A stretch of 64,000 nucleotides of DNA from Dehalococcoidia bacterium. GTDB lineage: Bacteria > Chloroflexota > Dehalococcoidia > Bin125. The stretch spans positions 45,736-109,735 of the forward strand of contig CBDCPP010000002.1 of NCBI GenBank assembly GCA_965220315.1, read 5' to 3'. The notes beneath the pieces were generated by a model. That model searched no databases, was not told where the DNA came from, and saw only the letters and a program-made list of their open reading frames with translations. Position 1 is the first letter of the stretch. Every line of letters begins with the position of its first letter. Shown here piece after piece: positions 49,122-60,900 of this stretch. A program made the translations under genes and the position numbers.

Positions 49122-49916
49122 CTAGCCAGCCGGCGTCATCAATGCTTCGTGGACGACCTGCCCGTCGACGACGGTGGTCTCTTGAGCCAGTTTGTCCATG
49201 ACACGGCGCCGTCGGTGGCGCGTCTCCTCGAGCGCTTTAAGCCTGCGTAGTCCGCATCGGGTATCACTGGCGACACGGGCGGGATCTTGTGTTGCCAGAC
49301 GCCGCTTGAAAAGCCAATAGGTGAACTCCTTGAGTTCGGCGAGGCTGATACGGTCGACATCCGGCCGTTGTTGCTCGCGGCGAAACGTCACGAGCAACTC
49401 GCGGCGCGGTGTCCCATAGATGTGTCGGAAGATCTCCTCGTCAATGCGGCTGTCGTAGCCGGTCGCCCAGCAGCGCCGCTCTTTCTGAAGGGCTTCCTCA
49501 ACAGAGAGCTGCAGCGCCTCTTCGACGCGCACGCCATACATGAAATTAAGGTGGGCCCGATACTTAGTTGGGCCGAGCCCTCGTTGCAGGGCCGCGTCGT
49601 CCAACTCGACCGGCAGCCGTCCTTCAGCCAGCAGCGCTTCGACTTCATCGGGAGGTAGGAGGCCGTCCGGAGCGAGTGCATCACAGATCCGCTCGGCCAG
49701 GCAGAGCCAATCGAACGCCTCACCTCCGATTAAGTAGTGATAGTGCCGTCCTTTGACCTGCTCCTCGCCGAGCTCCCAGAGCGCGGCGGCTTCTAAAAGG
49801 GCTTCCCACCAGAGACGGCCGCGACGGACCTCTTGGCGGAAGTGCGCGATGAGCATCTCGGGGTCGCGCGATGCCAACTCGCTGTACGTCGCTGCGTCGG
49901 GGGAGCGATCCGGCAT
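49122..49916 (-). CDS. Hypothetical protein coupled to secA
   Basis: Long ORF with YLIGGEAFDW, HLNFMYGV, FTYWLFK, RVASDT motifs; ATG overlaps the secA stop (TGATG). Confidence 0.8.
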   Translation of the reverse strand: MPDRSPDAATYSELASRDPEMLIAHFRQEVRRGRLWWEALLEAAALWELGEEQVKGRHYHYLIGGEAFDWLCLAERICDALAPDGLLPPDEVEALLAEGRLPVELDDAALQRGLGPTKYRAHLNFMYGVRVEEALQLSVEEALQKERRCWATGYDSRIDEEIFRHIYGTPRRELLVTFRREQQRPDVDRISLAELKEFTYWLFKRRLATQDPARVASDTRCGLRRLKALEETRHRRRRVMDKLAQETTVVDGQVVHEALMTPAG

Positions 49917-52657
49917 CAGGCCGCTCCGTGACATTTTTTGTGCTTCTTACCGGAGCCACACGGGCAGGGAGCATTGCGCCCGATCTTGGACGACGCCACC
50001 GCGCCCGTCGCGGTACGGCGGGTGGGGGCCTGTGTAGCGACGGCGCCGCCGCCACTCTCACGCACGTTGCGCACACCTAATTCCTGGGCGACGCCGCCGC
50101 CCGCAGGAGGCGGGGCGATCGTCGGCGGGGCCCGACCAGGCGAGGAGCCGCGGGCGGGACGTCCTTTTTCCTGCTTCTGTATATGCAAGACCGCCTGCGT
50201 GACCTTACTGCGGATGTTGGCGGTTAACTGGTCGAACATGTCGAATGCTTCGCGCTTGTACGTGACAAGCGGGTCTTGCTGACCGTAGGCCTGGAGGCCG
50301 ACGCCCTGACGGAGTGAATCGAGTTCGGTGAGGTGCTGCACCCAGAGACGGTCGATGGTTCGCAACAGTACGAACCGCTCGAGCCGGCGCATGACGTCTG
50401 CACCAGCGCCGCGCTCTTTCTCGTCATAGACGGCCCGGGCGTGGTCGACCAGGGCAGCGGCAAGGGCACCGCCGCCACGATCGTAGGCCTCGCGGTCGAG
50501 ACCATCGAGTGGCATCAGCGTAGCCACCTCAGCCCAGAAGCCTTCCTCGTCGCCCGCGCCCGGGCCACCCGCGCTGAAGTGAGCAGCGATCTCCTGCAGC
50601 TCGGTTTCGATCATGTCGACGATGATCGCTTTAAGGTTTTCGCCGGCGAGAACTTTGTCCCGCTCGGTATAGATGACCGCGCGCTGACGGTTCACCACGT
50701 CGTCGTATTCGACGAGGTGCTTGCGCATGTCGAAGTAGTGGCCTTCGACTTTCTGTTGGGCTTGCTCGATGGCCTTGCCGACCATGCCGGATTCGAGCGG
50801 CTGACCATCGTCCATACCAAGCTTGGCCAGCATCCCGGGAAGCCAGTCCGGGGTAAAGCGCCGCATGATGGTGTCTTCAAACGAAACGAAGAAGCGGGAT
50901 GAGCCAGGGTCGCCCTGCCGTCCGGCACGACCGCGTAATTGATTGTCAATCCGGCGTGCCTCATGGCGCTCCGTTCCGATCACATGGAGGCCGCCGCGAT
51001 CGGCGACGCCAGTGCCGAGCTTGATATCGGTGCCGCGGCCGGCCATGTTAGTGGCGATAGTGACGGCACCGGGCTCGCCCGCGTACAGCACGATCTGGGC
51101 CTCGCGCTCGTGCTGCTTGGCATTGAGCACTTCGTGCTTGACACCGCGGCGTGTCAGCATCTCCGACAGTCGTTCTGAGGTTTCTACCGCTACCGTGCCC
51201 ACCAGCACAGGGCGGGCGCGCCCGCTCACGTCAGCGATCTCATCGACAACGGCTTTGTACTTGGCGTTCTCCGAGCGGTAGATCACGTCGGAATGGTCGT
51301 TGCGGATCATGGGTTGGTGGGTAGGGATTACGATCACGTCCAGTCCGTAAATTTTGTGCATCTCTTCCGCTTCGGTAGCGGCGGTACCCGTCATCCCAGC
51401 GAGTTTGCGGTAGAGGCGGAAGTAGTTCTGGTAGGTGATGGTGGCCAGGGTGACTGACTCGCGCTGGACTTTGACGCCCTCTTTGGCTTCGATCGCTTGG
51501 TGCAGGCCTTCCGAATAGCGCCGACCCTCCATAAGGCGGCCGGTGAACTCATCGACGATCATGACTTGACCGTTGCGCACGACGTAGTCGCGGTCGCGGT
51601 GATAGACGAACTGCGCGCGGAGGGCAGCCTCAAGGAAGCGCGTGAGACGGGCTTGTTCGCCGGCGAAGAGATTGTCGATGCCGAGTATGGCCTCGACCTT
51701 CTCAATGCCGGACTCGGTAAGCGCGACGGTGCGCGACTTGAGTTCGATGGTGAGGTCAGCGCCTTCAGTGAGCTGGGGGGCGATGCGGGCGAAGGTGCGG
51801 TAGAGGTCCAAGCTCTCTTCGGCCTGGCCACTAATGATGAGCGGCGTGCGTGCCTCGTCAATGAGGATGTTGTCGACCTCATCAACGATCGCGTAGGTCA
51901 GGGGACGTTGGACACGGCGCTCGGCTTCCGTAGCCATGTTGTCGCGCAGGTAGTCAAAGCCGTACTCGTTGTTGGTGCCGTAGGTGATATCGGCGCCGTA
52001 GGCCTCGTTACGCGGTACTGGGCGCAGGAAGCGCATGTCCCCTCGCTGGGCGCGCTTGGCCCGCTCCTCTGCGGTAGCGTCTCTGCCCTTGTTCCTACTG
52101 GGCTCGGCCGTTTCGTTTCCTTCTTCGCTTTCTTCGCCGCTTGGTTCGTAGTCCGGGTCGAAAAGGAAGGCGGCGCTGTGTTGCAAGACGCCGACACTGA
52201 GTCCGAGGCCCTGATAAATCACGCCCATCCAGCGGGCGTCGCGCTTCGAGAGGTAGTCGTTGACGGTGATAACGTGAACGCCGTCGCCCTCCAGAGCGTT
52301 GAGGTAGACGGCCAGTGTGGCGACGAGAGTTTTGCCCTCGCCGGTGCGCATCTCCGCGATCTTGCCCTGGTGAAGCACCATCCCGCCGATGAGCTGTACA
52401 TCAAAGTGGCGCATTTGAAGCCAGCGTTTGGAGGCCTCCCGCACAACGGCGAAGGCTTCGGTGAGGATGTCGTCCAAGTCGGCACCATCGGCGAGGCGGG
52501 CACGGAATTCGGCAGTTTTGGCGCGCAGGTCGGCGTCGGTGTGTCGCTCAATCTCCGGCTCCCAAGCGTTAATTTCAGCGACGACGCTATGCAGCCGACT
52601 GATCTCGCGGCGGTTCGCGTCGCCAATGAGCCTCTTGGCGCCGTCTAGCAGTCTCAT
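49916..52657 (-). CDS. secA: Preprotein translocase subunit SecA
   Basis: MRTGEGKT, DEVD, RAGRQGDPG, GRNAPCPCGSGKKHKKCHG. Confidence 0.97.
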   Translation of the reverse strand: MRLLDGAKRLIGDANRREISRLHSVVAEINAWEPEIERHTDADLRAKTAEFRARLADGADLDDILTEAFAVVREASKRWLQMRHFDVQLIGGMVLHQGKIAEMRTGEGKTLVATLAVYLNALEGDGVHVITVNDYLSKRDARWMGVIYQGLGLSVGVLQHSAAFLFDPDYEPSGEESEEGNETAEPSRNKGRDATAEERAKRAQRGDMRFLRPVPRNEAYGADITYGTNNEYGFDYLRDNMATEAERRVQRPLTYAIVDEVDNILIDEARTPLIISGQAEESLDLYRTFARIAPQLTEGADLTIELKSRTVALTESGIEKVEAILGIDNLFAGEQARLTRFLEAALRAQFVYHRDRDYVVRNGQVMIVDEFTGRLMEGRRYSEGLHQAIEAKEGVKVQRESVTLATITYQNYFRLYRKLAGMTGTAATEAEEMHKIYGLDVIVIPTHQPMIRNDHSDVIYRSENAKYKAVVDEIADVSGRARPVLVGTVAVETSERLSEMLTRRGVKHEVLNAKQHEREAQIVLYAGEPGAVTIATNMAGRGTDIKLGTGVADRGGLHVIGTERHEARRIDNQLRGRAGRQGDPGSSRFFVSFEDTIMRRFTPDWLPGMLAKLGMDDGQPLESGMVGKAIEQAQQKVEGHYFDMRKHLVEYDDVVNRQRAVIYTERDKVLAGENLKAIIVDMIETELQEIAAHFSAGGPGAGDEEGFWAEVATLMPLDGLDREAYDRGGGALAAALVDHARAVYDEKERGAGADVMRRLERFVLLRTIDRLWVQHLTELDSLRQGVGLQAYGQQDPLVTYKREAFDMFDQLTANIRSKVTQAVLHIQKQEKGRPARGSSPGRAPPTIAPPPAGGGVAQELGVRNVRESGGGAVATQAPTRRTATGAVASSKIGRNAPCPCGSGKKHKKCHGAA

Positions 52658-52807
52658 CAAGCCTCCCGATGCACCCCGGAGGGGCACCCCGCCCCTCGTG
52701 GCCGCCCCGGACTGTTCCAGTGCGAACAGCTACCTTTGAGCATAGTGCGAGTGGCGAGGGAATAGTGTTTCGGAAGTCGCTAGCGCAGGGCAGCCCCGAG
52801 GCCGCAG

Positions 52808-53749
52808 TCACTTGAAGAGTTCGCCGATCGACTGCCCAGTATGGATGCGACGGATCGCCTCGCCCAAGAGCGGGGCAACCGAACAGATGGTGATCTTCTT
52901 ACTAGCGGTGGGGAGAGGGGGAGGCAATGTGTCCGTGATGATCACCTGCTTGATCGGCGCCTCATCGATGCGGGAGAGCGCTGGCTCGGAGAGAACCCCA
53001 TGGGTAGCAGCCGCGTAAACATCGCGGGCGCCATTCTCCTTAACGAGCGCGGCGACACCCGCGAGCGTGCCAGCGGTGTCGATCTCGTCATCAATGATGA
53101 GCGCGTCTCGACCGTCCACCTCGCCGATGAGGTGAAGCATCTCGGCGGAGTCATTGTTGGCTTGCCGGCGTTTCTCTGAGAGCGCCAAGGGACTTCCCAA
53201 GAGGTGGGCGAGATTCCGGGCACGCTTGGCACTGCCGAGGTCGGGCGCGACGACGACGCCGTCAAAGTCTTGCGTACGAAAGTGGGTAGCGAGGAGCTTG
53301 AGCGCGGTCAGCTCATCCGTGGGGACGTTAAAAAAACCCTGGATCTGGCCAGCATGGAGGTCAACAGTCAGGACGCGGTCCGCGCCGGCCGTCTCGATGA
53401 GGTTGGCGACGAGCCGGGCTGTGATCGGCACGCGAGGCTGATCCTTCTTATCGGAGCGGCCATAGGGATAGTAAGGAACGACGGCAGTGACGCGCCCAGC
53501 GCTGGCGCGGCGTAGCGCGTCCAACATGATGAGCAGCTCCATGAAGTTTTGGTTGACGGGGCGCGCAGCGGGCTGGACAACGAAGACATCACGCTCGCGG
53601 ACGTTGTCGCCCACTTGGACGAAGATGTTTTCGTTGGAGAAGGAGAAGACTTCGGCGTGGCCGAGTGGTTGCTCGAGATAGGCACAGATACGCGAGGCCA
53701 GCGCTTGATGAGCATTACCAGTAAAGATCGACGGCCCCTGCAGTACCAA
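52808..53749 (-). CDS. prs: Ribose-phosphate pyrophosphokinase
   Basis: PYYPYGRSD, DLHAGQIQGFF, DDEIDTAGT. Confidence 0.96.
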   Translation of the reverse strand: MVLQGPSIFTGNAHQALASRICAYLEQPLGHAEVFSFSNENIFVQVGDNVRERDVFVVQPAARPVNQNFMELLIMLDALRRASAGRVTAVVPYYPYGRSDKKDQPRVPITARLVANLIETAGADRVLTVDLHAGQIQGFFNVPTDELTALKLLATHFRTQDFDGVVVAPDLGSAKRARNLAHLLGSPLALSEKRRQANNDSAEMLHLIGEVDGRDALIIDDEIDTAGTLAGVAALVKENGARDVYAAATHGVLSEPALSRIDEAPIKQVIITDTLPPPLPTASKKITICSVAPLLGEAIRRIHTGQSIGELFK

Positions 53750-53783
53750 GAAGTGCGCTCCTCTTGCCCATCGGCCGGGCGTC

Positions 53784-53812
53784 AGTATATCCCGCGCTGC
53801 AGAGGGGGTCAG
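53784..53812 (-). promoter_or_regulatory. Candidate promoter for prs-secA
   Basis: Minus strand CTGACC-N17-TATACT. Confidence 0.5.
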
Positions 53813-53820
53813 CGGGCTGG

Positions 53821-53849
53821 TTGACGCGTTGCCCAGCCCCGCATAGGCT
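53821..53849 (+). promoter_or_regulatory. Candidate promoter for rpoBC
   Basis: TTGACG-N17-TAGGCT, back-to-back with the prs promoter. Confidence 0.55.
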
Positions 53850-54141
53850 CACATTGATTCTTCATGCCCAGTTAATCCTGACGCCTATAACATCTCTGTC
53901 GCCAAACATGGCGAGAGTCGATCCACGTGTATGAGGAGAATCGATCTTTGATGGCTGTCGGCCCACTCTCCGCCATTTTAAACCACGGCGCACTCCAAGA
54001 CTTTGGCCCGGCTTCGTTCACGAAGCGCCATTCTCAGCCTCTGCGTGATTGATAGCCCCCATCAAGGCCACTCTGCGGCTCTGGCTTCGCTAGAAGCCGG
54101 AAGCCACCCGTCCAGCATTGAGCGAGGAGGAGACGATCCCT

Positions 54142-57100
54142 GTGACCACTGAACTGCGCACTCCCCGAATCGCCGAGCATGCATTGGTCCCCTCCGATAC
54201 GAAGGTGTACGCACGCAGTCCGGAGGTGCTAGAGCTGCCCAACCTCATCCGGGTGCAGCTGGACTCGTACAACTGGTTCTTGCGGGAGGGCCTCAAGGAG
54301 CTATTCGAAGAGGTCGCTCCGATCGAGGACTTCACGGGCAACCGCATGGAGTTGATCTTCGGCAACTATGCGCTGGGGGAGCCGAAATACTCCGAGCACG
54401 AATGCCGCAATCGCGACATGACGTACTCGGCACCGCTGAGGGTCACGGTGCGACTGGTGGTGAAGGAGAGCGGCGAAATCAAGGAGCAAGAGCTCTTCAT
54501 GGGCGATTTCCCGCTGATGACCCAGACCGGCACCTTCATCATCAACGGCGCCGAGCGCGTAGTGGTGAGTCAGCTGGTACGGTCGCCAGGTGTGTACTTC
54601 AGCACCACACAGGACCCCACAACTGGCCGCAGCCTTTGCGCGGCCAAACTCATCCCCAACCGAGGCGCTTGGCTAGAACTGGAAACGAGCAACCGCGACC
54701 TCCTCACGGCCAAAGTTGACCGCAAGCGTAAGATCCCCGTGACGACGTTGCTGCGGGCGCTGGACACCGATCCGAAGAATGCGGATGACTCACAGCTCGG
54801 CACGGAGGAGCGAATCCGCGCGCTGCTGGAAGACGTCGATACGGGTTCCATACATCGCTACCTCGACAGCACGATCGCGAAGGAACCGATCCCAAGCGAC
54901 GAGGGACCTCGTGACAAGGCCTGGGCCTTGCTGGAGGTATATCGTCGGCTGCGGCCCGGCGACCCGCCGACCACGGAGAACGCACGGGGTCTGATCGAAA
55001 GTTTGTTCTTCAACCCTCGCCGGTACGACCTCGGGAGAGTGGGGCGCTACAAGCTCAATAAGCGCTTGCACCACCGCGAGACGGAGGAACGCACACTCGC
55101 GCTGAGCGACCTGGTCGCGATTGTGCGCGAACAGATTCGCATTAACAACGACGAGGGGCAGCCGGATGATGTCGATCACCTCGGTAATCGGCGGGTCCGC
55201 GCGGTGGGCGAACTGATTCAGAACCAATTCCGTGTGGGTCTTTTGCGCATGGAGCGCGTGGTACGAGAGCGCATGACGATCACAGACCCTGAGCAGGCGA
55301 CGCCGAGTGCGCTGATTAACATCCGGCCGGTAGTCGCAGCAATGAAGGAGTTTTTCGGCGGCAGTCAGTTGAGTCAGTTCATGGATCAGACTAACCCACT
55401 GGCGGAGCTGACCCACAAACGGCGGCTGAGCGCACTCGGCCCCGGTGGCCTCAGCCGCGATCGCGCCGGCTTCGACGTGCGCGACGTGCACCACAGCCAC
55501 TACGGGCGGATCTGTCCGATCGAGACACCCGAGGGACCGAACATCGGCCTGATCGGGAGCCTCGCCACTTACAGCATGATCAACGATTTCGGCTTTATCC
55601 GGACGCCATACCGCAAGGTAATCACGGAACTTCCAACGGATTCGCTGGAGTTGGAGGGACACTACCTGCGTGAGGATGTCGTTGGGCCGCGCGGCGGGAT
55701 CATCGCGAAGGCGGGGGAGCAGCTCACCAGCGCAGCAATCCGGCGTTTCAAGCCACTCGGTGACCAGATGGTGCCTCTGCAACCGCGCGTCACCGAGCGG
55801 ATCGAATACCTCACCGCCGATGAGGAGGAACGCTTCGTCGTGGCACAGGCCAACGCGAAACTCAGCGTGGATGGCCACTTCACGGAAGAGTTGGTTGAGA
55901 TCCGCGAGGGCGATCACTTCGACGAGGTGCCCCCTTGGCAAGTCCATTACATGGATATCTCACCGAAGCAGATCGTATCGGTGGCGACATCGCTGATCCC
56001 CTTCTTGGAGCATGACGACGCGAACCGCGCCTTGATGGGCTCGAACATGCAGCGGCAAGCGGTACCACTCGTGCGGCCAGAGATGCCGTTGGTGGGAACG
56101 GGGATGGAGCGTCCCGCCGCGTACGACTCCGGGCAGGTGATCTTCGCGGAGAAAGACGGGGAGGTGCTGCGCGCGACGGCAGAGGCAATTGTCGTGCACT
56201 ACGAGGACGATAAGGAAATCGCTTACCCGCTCACGAAGTTTATGCGCTCGAATCAAGGCACCTGCGTGAATCAACGCCCGATCGTCTCCAAAGGCGATCG
56301 GGTAAGCGCCGACCAGCCGCTGGCAGATTCATCGTCCACGCACAACGGAGAGCTGGCGTTGGGTCAGAACGTTCTGGTGGCGTTCATGGCCTGGGAAGGG
56401 TACAACTTCGAGGACGCGATCATCGTGTCCGAGTCGCTGGTGCAGGACGACAGGTTCACGTCGATCCATATCGCCAAACACGAAGTCGAAGCGCGCGACA
56501 CGAAGCTGGGCCCCGAAGAGATCACCCGGGACATCCCGAACGTAGGCGAGGAATCGCTGCGCGACTTGGATGAGGACGGAATCGTGCGGATCGGCGCCGA
56601 AGTCTACCCCGGCGACATCTTGGTGGGGAAGATCACACCCAAAGGCGAGACCGAACTCACCGCTGAGGAAAAGCTGCTGCGCGCGATTTTCGGTGAGAAG
56701 GCGCGCGAGGTGAAGGACACGTCGCTGCGCGTGCCGCATGGGGAGCGCGGGAAGGTGGTGGACGTTCGGATCTTCCGTCGCGAGGATCACGGCGAACTCC
56801 CGGCCGGCGTCAATCAGCTCGTGCGCGTCACTATCGCGCAGCGCCGCAAGCTATCCGAGGGCGACAAGATGGCAGGCCGCCATGGCAACAAAGGTGTGAT
56901 CTCCCGGATCATGCCGACGGAGGACATGCCGCACCTAGAAGACGGCACGCCCGTAGACATCATTCTGAATCCGATCGGGGTTCCGAGCCGCATGAATCTG
57001 GGGCAAGTGCTTGAGACGCACCTTGGCTGGGCGGCAAACATGCTTGGCTTCCGAGCTATTACGCCGGTTTTCGACGGCGCGAGCGACATCGCCGTGGAGG

Positions 57101-57906
57101 ACGCGCTGGGCCGTGCCTGGATTGCACGGGAGGCCAGGGCAATCGAGCGACGCGCGACCGTCGATGGCATGAAGCAGGCGATCAATCAAGAGGAGGCCGC
57201 AAGCTGGCTGCGCGAGCAAGGCGTCGATCCGGACCCCGTCTTCGACGAGAGCGTGCTGGGCGCCGCCCGCCGTGCGTGTCTGGAGCTGTGGCTTGAGTCA
57301 ATTGGGGAAGCGCGCACGCGCGGCGTACCCTACGAGGATCTAGTGGCGCGCGCGCAGACGGCCTTCAACAGCGGGCGCGGGTCGCCGCCGATCTTCGGCA
57401 AGCAGTGGCTCTACGACGGCCGCACGGGTGAGCAGATCGACCAACCGGTATCGGTTGGCTACATCTACATGATGAAGCTGGTGCACCTTGTGGAGGATAA
57501 GATCCACGCGCGGTCGACGGGCCCCTATTCGCTGATTACACAGCAACCTTTGGGCGGGAAAGCGCAGTTCGGCGGGCAGCGTTTCGGCGAGATGGAGGTC
57601 TGGGCATTGGAGGCGTACGGCGCCGCCCACATTCTGCAGGAGCTTCTGACCGTCAAAAGCGATGATGTCGTCGGGCGACTGAAAGTCTACGAGGCGATCG
57701 TCAAGGGCGACCCGGTGCTGGAGCCGGGCGTGCCTGAGTCGTTCAAGGTACTCGTCAAAGAGTTGCAAAGTCTGGGACTTTCGGTTGAGGTGCTGAACCC
57801 CGAAGAGCAACGTATGGAGATTGAAGATGCCGCAGTTGGCTCTGAAGTCCCAGAACTAGGCATCAATTTATCCGGCTTCGAGGGCGAGGAGGTGGTCCGT
57901 GCTTGA
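54142..57906 (+). CDS. rpoB: DNA-directed RNA polymerase beta subunit
   Basis: [30 protein letters not shown]; GTG after GAGGAGG. Confidence 0.98.
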   Translation: MTTELRTPRIAEHALVPSDTKVYARSPEVLELPNLIRVQLDSYNWFLREGLKELFEEVAPIEDFTGNRMELIFGNYALGEPKYSEHECRNRDMTYSAPLRVTVRLVVKESGEIKEQELFMGDFPLMTQTGTFIINGAERVVVSQLVRSPGVYFSTTQDPTTGRSLCAAKLIPNRGAWLELETSNRDLLTAKVDRKRKIPVTTLLRALDTDPKNADDSQLGTEERIRALLEDVDTGSIHRYLDSTIAKEPIPSDEGPRDKAWALLEVYRRLRPGDPPTTENARGLIESLFFNPRRYDLGRVGRYKLNKRLHHRETEERTLALSDLVAIVREQIRINNDEGQPDDVDHLGNRRVRAVGELIQNQFRVGLLRMERVVRERMTITDPEQATPSALINIRPVVAAMKEFFGGSQLSQFMDQTNPLAELTHKRRLSALGPGGLSRDRAGFDVRDVHHSHYGRICPIETPEGPNIGLIGSLATYSMINDFGFIRTPYRKVITELPTDSLELEGHYLREDVVGPRGGIIAKAGEQLTSAAIRRFKPLGDQMVPLQPRVTERIEYLTADEEERFVVAQANAKLSVDGHFTEELVEIREGDHFDEVPPWQVHYMDISPKQIVSVATSLIPFLEHDDANRALMGSNMQRQAVPLVRPEMPLVGTGMERPAAYDSGQVIFAEKDGEVLRATAEAIVVHYEDDKEIAYPLTKFMRSNQGTCVNQRPIVSKGDRVSADQPLADSSSTHNGELALGQNVLVAFMAWEGYNFEDAIIVSESLVQDDRFTSIHIAKHEVEARDTKLGPEEITRDIPNVGEESLRDLDEDGIVRIGAEVYPGDILVGKITPKGETELTAEEKLLRAIFGEKAREVKDTSLRVPHGERGKVVDVRIFRREDHGELPAGVNQLVRVTIAQRRKLSEGDKMAGRHGNKGVISRIMPTEDMPHLEDGTPVDIILNPIGVPSRMNLGQVLETHLGWAANMLGFRAITPVFDGASDIAVEDALGRAWIAREARAIERRATVDGMKQAINQEEAASWLREQGVDPDPVFDESVLGAARRACLELWLESIGEARTRGVPYEDLVARAQTAFNSGRGSPPIFGKQWLYDGRTGEQIDQPVSVGYIYMMKLVHLVEDKIHARSTGPYSLITQQPLGGKAQFGGQRFGEMEVWALEAYGAAHILQELLTVKSDDVVGRLKVYEAIVKGDPVLEPGVPESFKVLVKELQSLGLSVEVLNPEEQRMEIEDAAVGSEVPELGINLSGFEGEEVVRA

Positions 57907-60900
57907 GGTCAACGACTTCGACGCAATCCGCATCGCGCTGGCATCGTCCGACCAGATTCGGTCGTGGTCGTACGGGGAGGTCACGAAGCCTGAAACGATT
58001 AATTACCGCACGCTCAAACCGGAGAAGGATGGGCTCTTCTGCGAGAAGATTTTCGGTCCGCAGAAGGACTTTGAGTGCATGTGCGGGAAGTACAAGCGAG
58101 TCCGCTACAAGGGAATCATTTGCGACAAGTGCGGCGTGGAGGTAACGCGCAGCAAGGTACGTCGCGAACGCATGGCTCATATCGAACTGGCAGCGCCCGT
58201 GAGCCACATTTGGTTCGTCAAAGGTACGCCGAGCCGCATGGCGCTGTTGCTGGACATCTCCCCACGCGCGCTGGAGCGGGTGCTGTATTTCGCCCAGTTC
58301 ATCATCAGCGCCGTGAATGAAGAGCAGCGTGCGAAAGCGATCGAACGCCTCAAGCTGGATGCGAAGGACGACGTTGAGGACGCCGAGACCGACCTAGATC
58401 AGAAACTCGCGCAGGTTGAGAAAGCACGCGAGACGGCGCTGGCCGAAATCCAGACCGCGCTGAAGCAGGCACTGCAGGCGAACGAGGAGGCGCTGGAGAA
58501 GCGCACCGCCACGCTGCAGGAAGAGGCCCAGGCGCTGCGCGTGGCCGTTGAGGAGAGCGACGGCAAGACCGCACGCCGCAATCTTACGCTGAACGAGGTG
58601 GTGATAGTCCGGTACACGGAACCAGTTGTGGCGCGGCGAGTGTTGAAGACCGTCGAGAAAAAACTTGCACAACAGATCAGGGCGGCCGAGCGGCAGGCAA
58701 AGAAGGACGCCGCAGCTATCGAGAAGCAGGTCGCGAAGGATGAACAGGACACGCGAGACCGGTTTTTCGTCCAGGAGAACGGCCTGCGCGAACAGTTCAA
58801 CACCTTACGTGACGAGATCAACAACGGTGCACAGGACCGTCTAGCCGAGCTGGCGACGCTGCGCGACCCCGTGCAAGAGCTCGACTTCAGCGCGGCAGTG
58901 CTCACCGAGCAGCGTGCCGTGGAGTTGCGGGAGCGCTACCCAGGCGTGATCCATGTGGGAATGGGCGCCGAAGCGCTGCTGAGCATTCTCGATCGGATCG
59001 ACTTGGATGAGCTCAGTACACGCCTGCAGAACCAAGTAGCTTCCGCCGTCGGCCAGCGGCGCAAGAAAGCGATGAAGCGCCTGCGCGTCGTGGAGGCGCT
59101 GCGGAAGTCGGGCAACAAGGCCCAATGGATGGTGTTCCAAGCGCTGCCGGTCTTGCCGCCGGACCTGAGGCCGATGGTCCAGCTAGACGGTGGCCGTTTC
59201 GCGACATCCGACCTAAACGATCTCTATCGCCGAGTGATCAACCGCAACAATCGCCTCAAGCGGCTGTTGGAACTCGGGGCACCGGAGATCATCATCCGCA
59301 ATGAGAAGCGGATGCTCCAAGAGTCCGTCGACTCGTTGATCGACAACGGGAGACGCGGCCGCGCCGTGACCGGGAGCGGAAGCCACAAACTCAAGAGCCT
59401 GTCCGACATGCTGAAGGGCAAGCAGGGGCGCTTCCGGCAGAACTTGCTGGGGAAACGAGTCGACTACGCGGGCCGCTCGGTGATCGTGGTAGGACCGGGA
59501 CTGAAGCTGCACCAGTGTGGGCTGCCAAAACGCATGGCCTTGGAGCTGTTCAAGCCGTTCATCATGCATGAACTCGTCGAACGGGGGCTCGCCCACAATA
59601 TTAAGAGCGCTAAGCGCGTCGTAGAGCGGGCCCACCCCGAAGTGTGGGACGTGCTGGACGATGTCGTGAAGTCGCGCCCGGTGCTGCTCAACCGCGCGCC
59701 CACGCTGCACCGCCTTGGGATCCAGGCGTTTGAGCCAGTGTTGGTGGACGGCAGCGCCATCCAGATTCACCCGTTGGTCTGCGCCGCGTTCAACGCTGAC
59801 TTCGATGGCGACCAAATGGCGGTCCATGTGCCGCTGGGCCGGGAAGCCGTAGCAGAGGCGCGCCAGATCATGCTGAGCACGCGCAACTTGCTTTCGCCCT
59901 CTTCGGGCGAGCCGGTGATCGCACCGACGCTCGATATGGTTATGGGCTGCTACTACCTCACGATCGTCACAGAGAACCAGCAGGGCGAGTACCGAGCAGG
60001 GTCACCGCCCCAGGGCGTGTATAGCTCATTCGAAGAAGCGCGGCTGGCGCATGATCTGAACAAGCTGTCGCTGCACGCCAAGATTCTGGTGCGTGACGAA
60101 CGGACCAATAGCGAGTTAGTGAAAACGACGGTAGGGCGCATCATCTTTGATGAAGTGGTCCCGAAGGGACTGCCTTATCAAAACGCGCTGATGGACAAGA
60201 AAGCACTCAAAGAGCTCGTGACACGTTCCTATGTGGAGCTGGGCACGGACGAAACCGCGGAGTTCGCGGATCACATCAAGCACGTAGGCTTCAGATACGC
60301 AACGCGCTCCGGCATCACGATCGCGGCCGACGAGATCCGCGTGCCAGAGGAGAAGGAGGCACTGTTGCAAGAAGCGCAGCAGCGCGTCGAGGAGATCCGC
60401 GAGCAGTATCAGATGGGACTGATGACGGGCACCGAGCGCTACGACCAGACGGTGCAAGTCTGGACCGAAGCCACGGACAAGGTCACCAATGCCATCTCCG
60501 ATCATCTAGGTGAGTACGGATCCGTCTACCTCATGGTGGCGAGCGGCGCCAAAGGGAACATCGCACAGGTGCGGCAGATGGCCGGTATGCGAGGCTTGAT
60601 GTCGGATCCATCGGGCCGGATCATCGAGTTGCCGATTCGCTCTTCCTTCAAGGAAGGGCTTTCCGTACTGGAATACTTCATCTCGACGCACGGCGCCCGC
60701 AAGGGGCTAGCCGACACGGCACTGCGCACAGCGGACAGTGGCTATCTCACGCGCCGGTTGATCGACGTGGCACAAGACGTGATCGTCCGTGAGGAGGACT
60801 GTGTTAACCCGAATGGCTTGCTGTTCCGTGAGCAGCCTGAGGACCGCGGCTTGCTGGAACCGCTGCGAGAGCGGGTGGCAGGGCGCTTTTTGGCAGGAGT

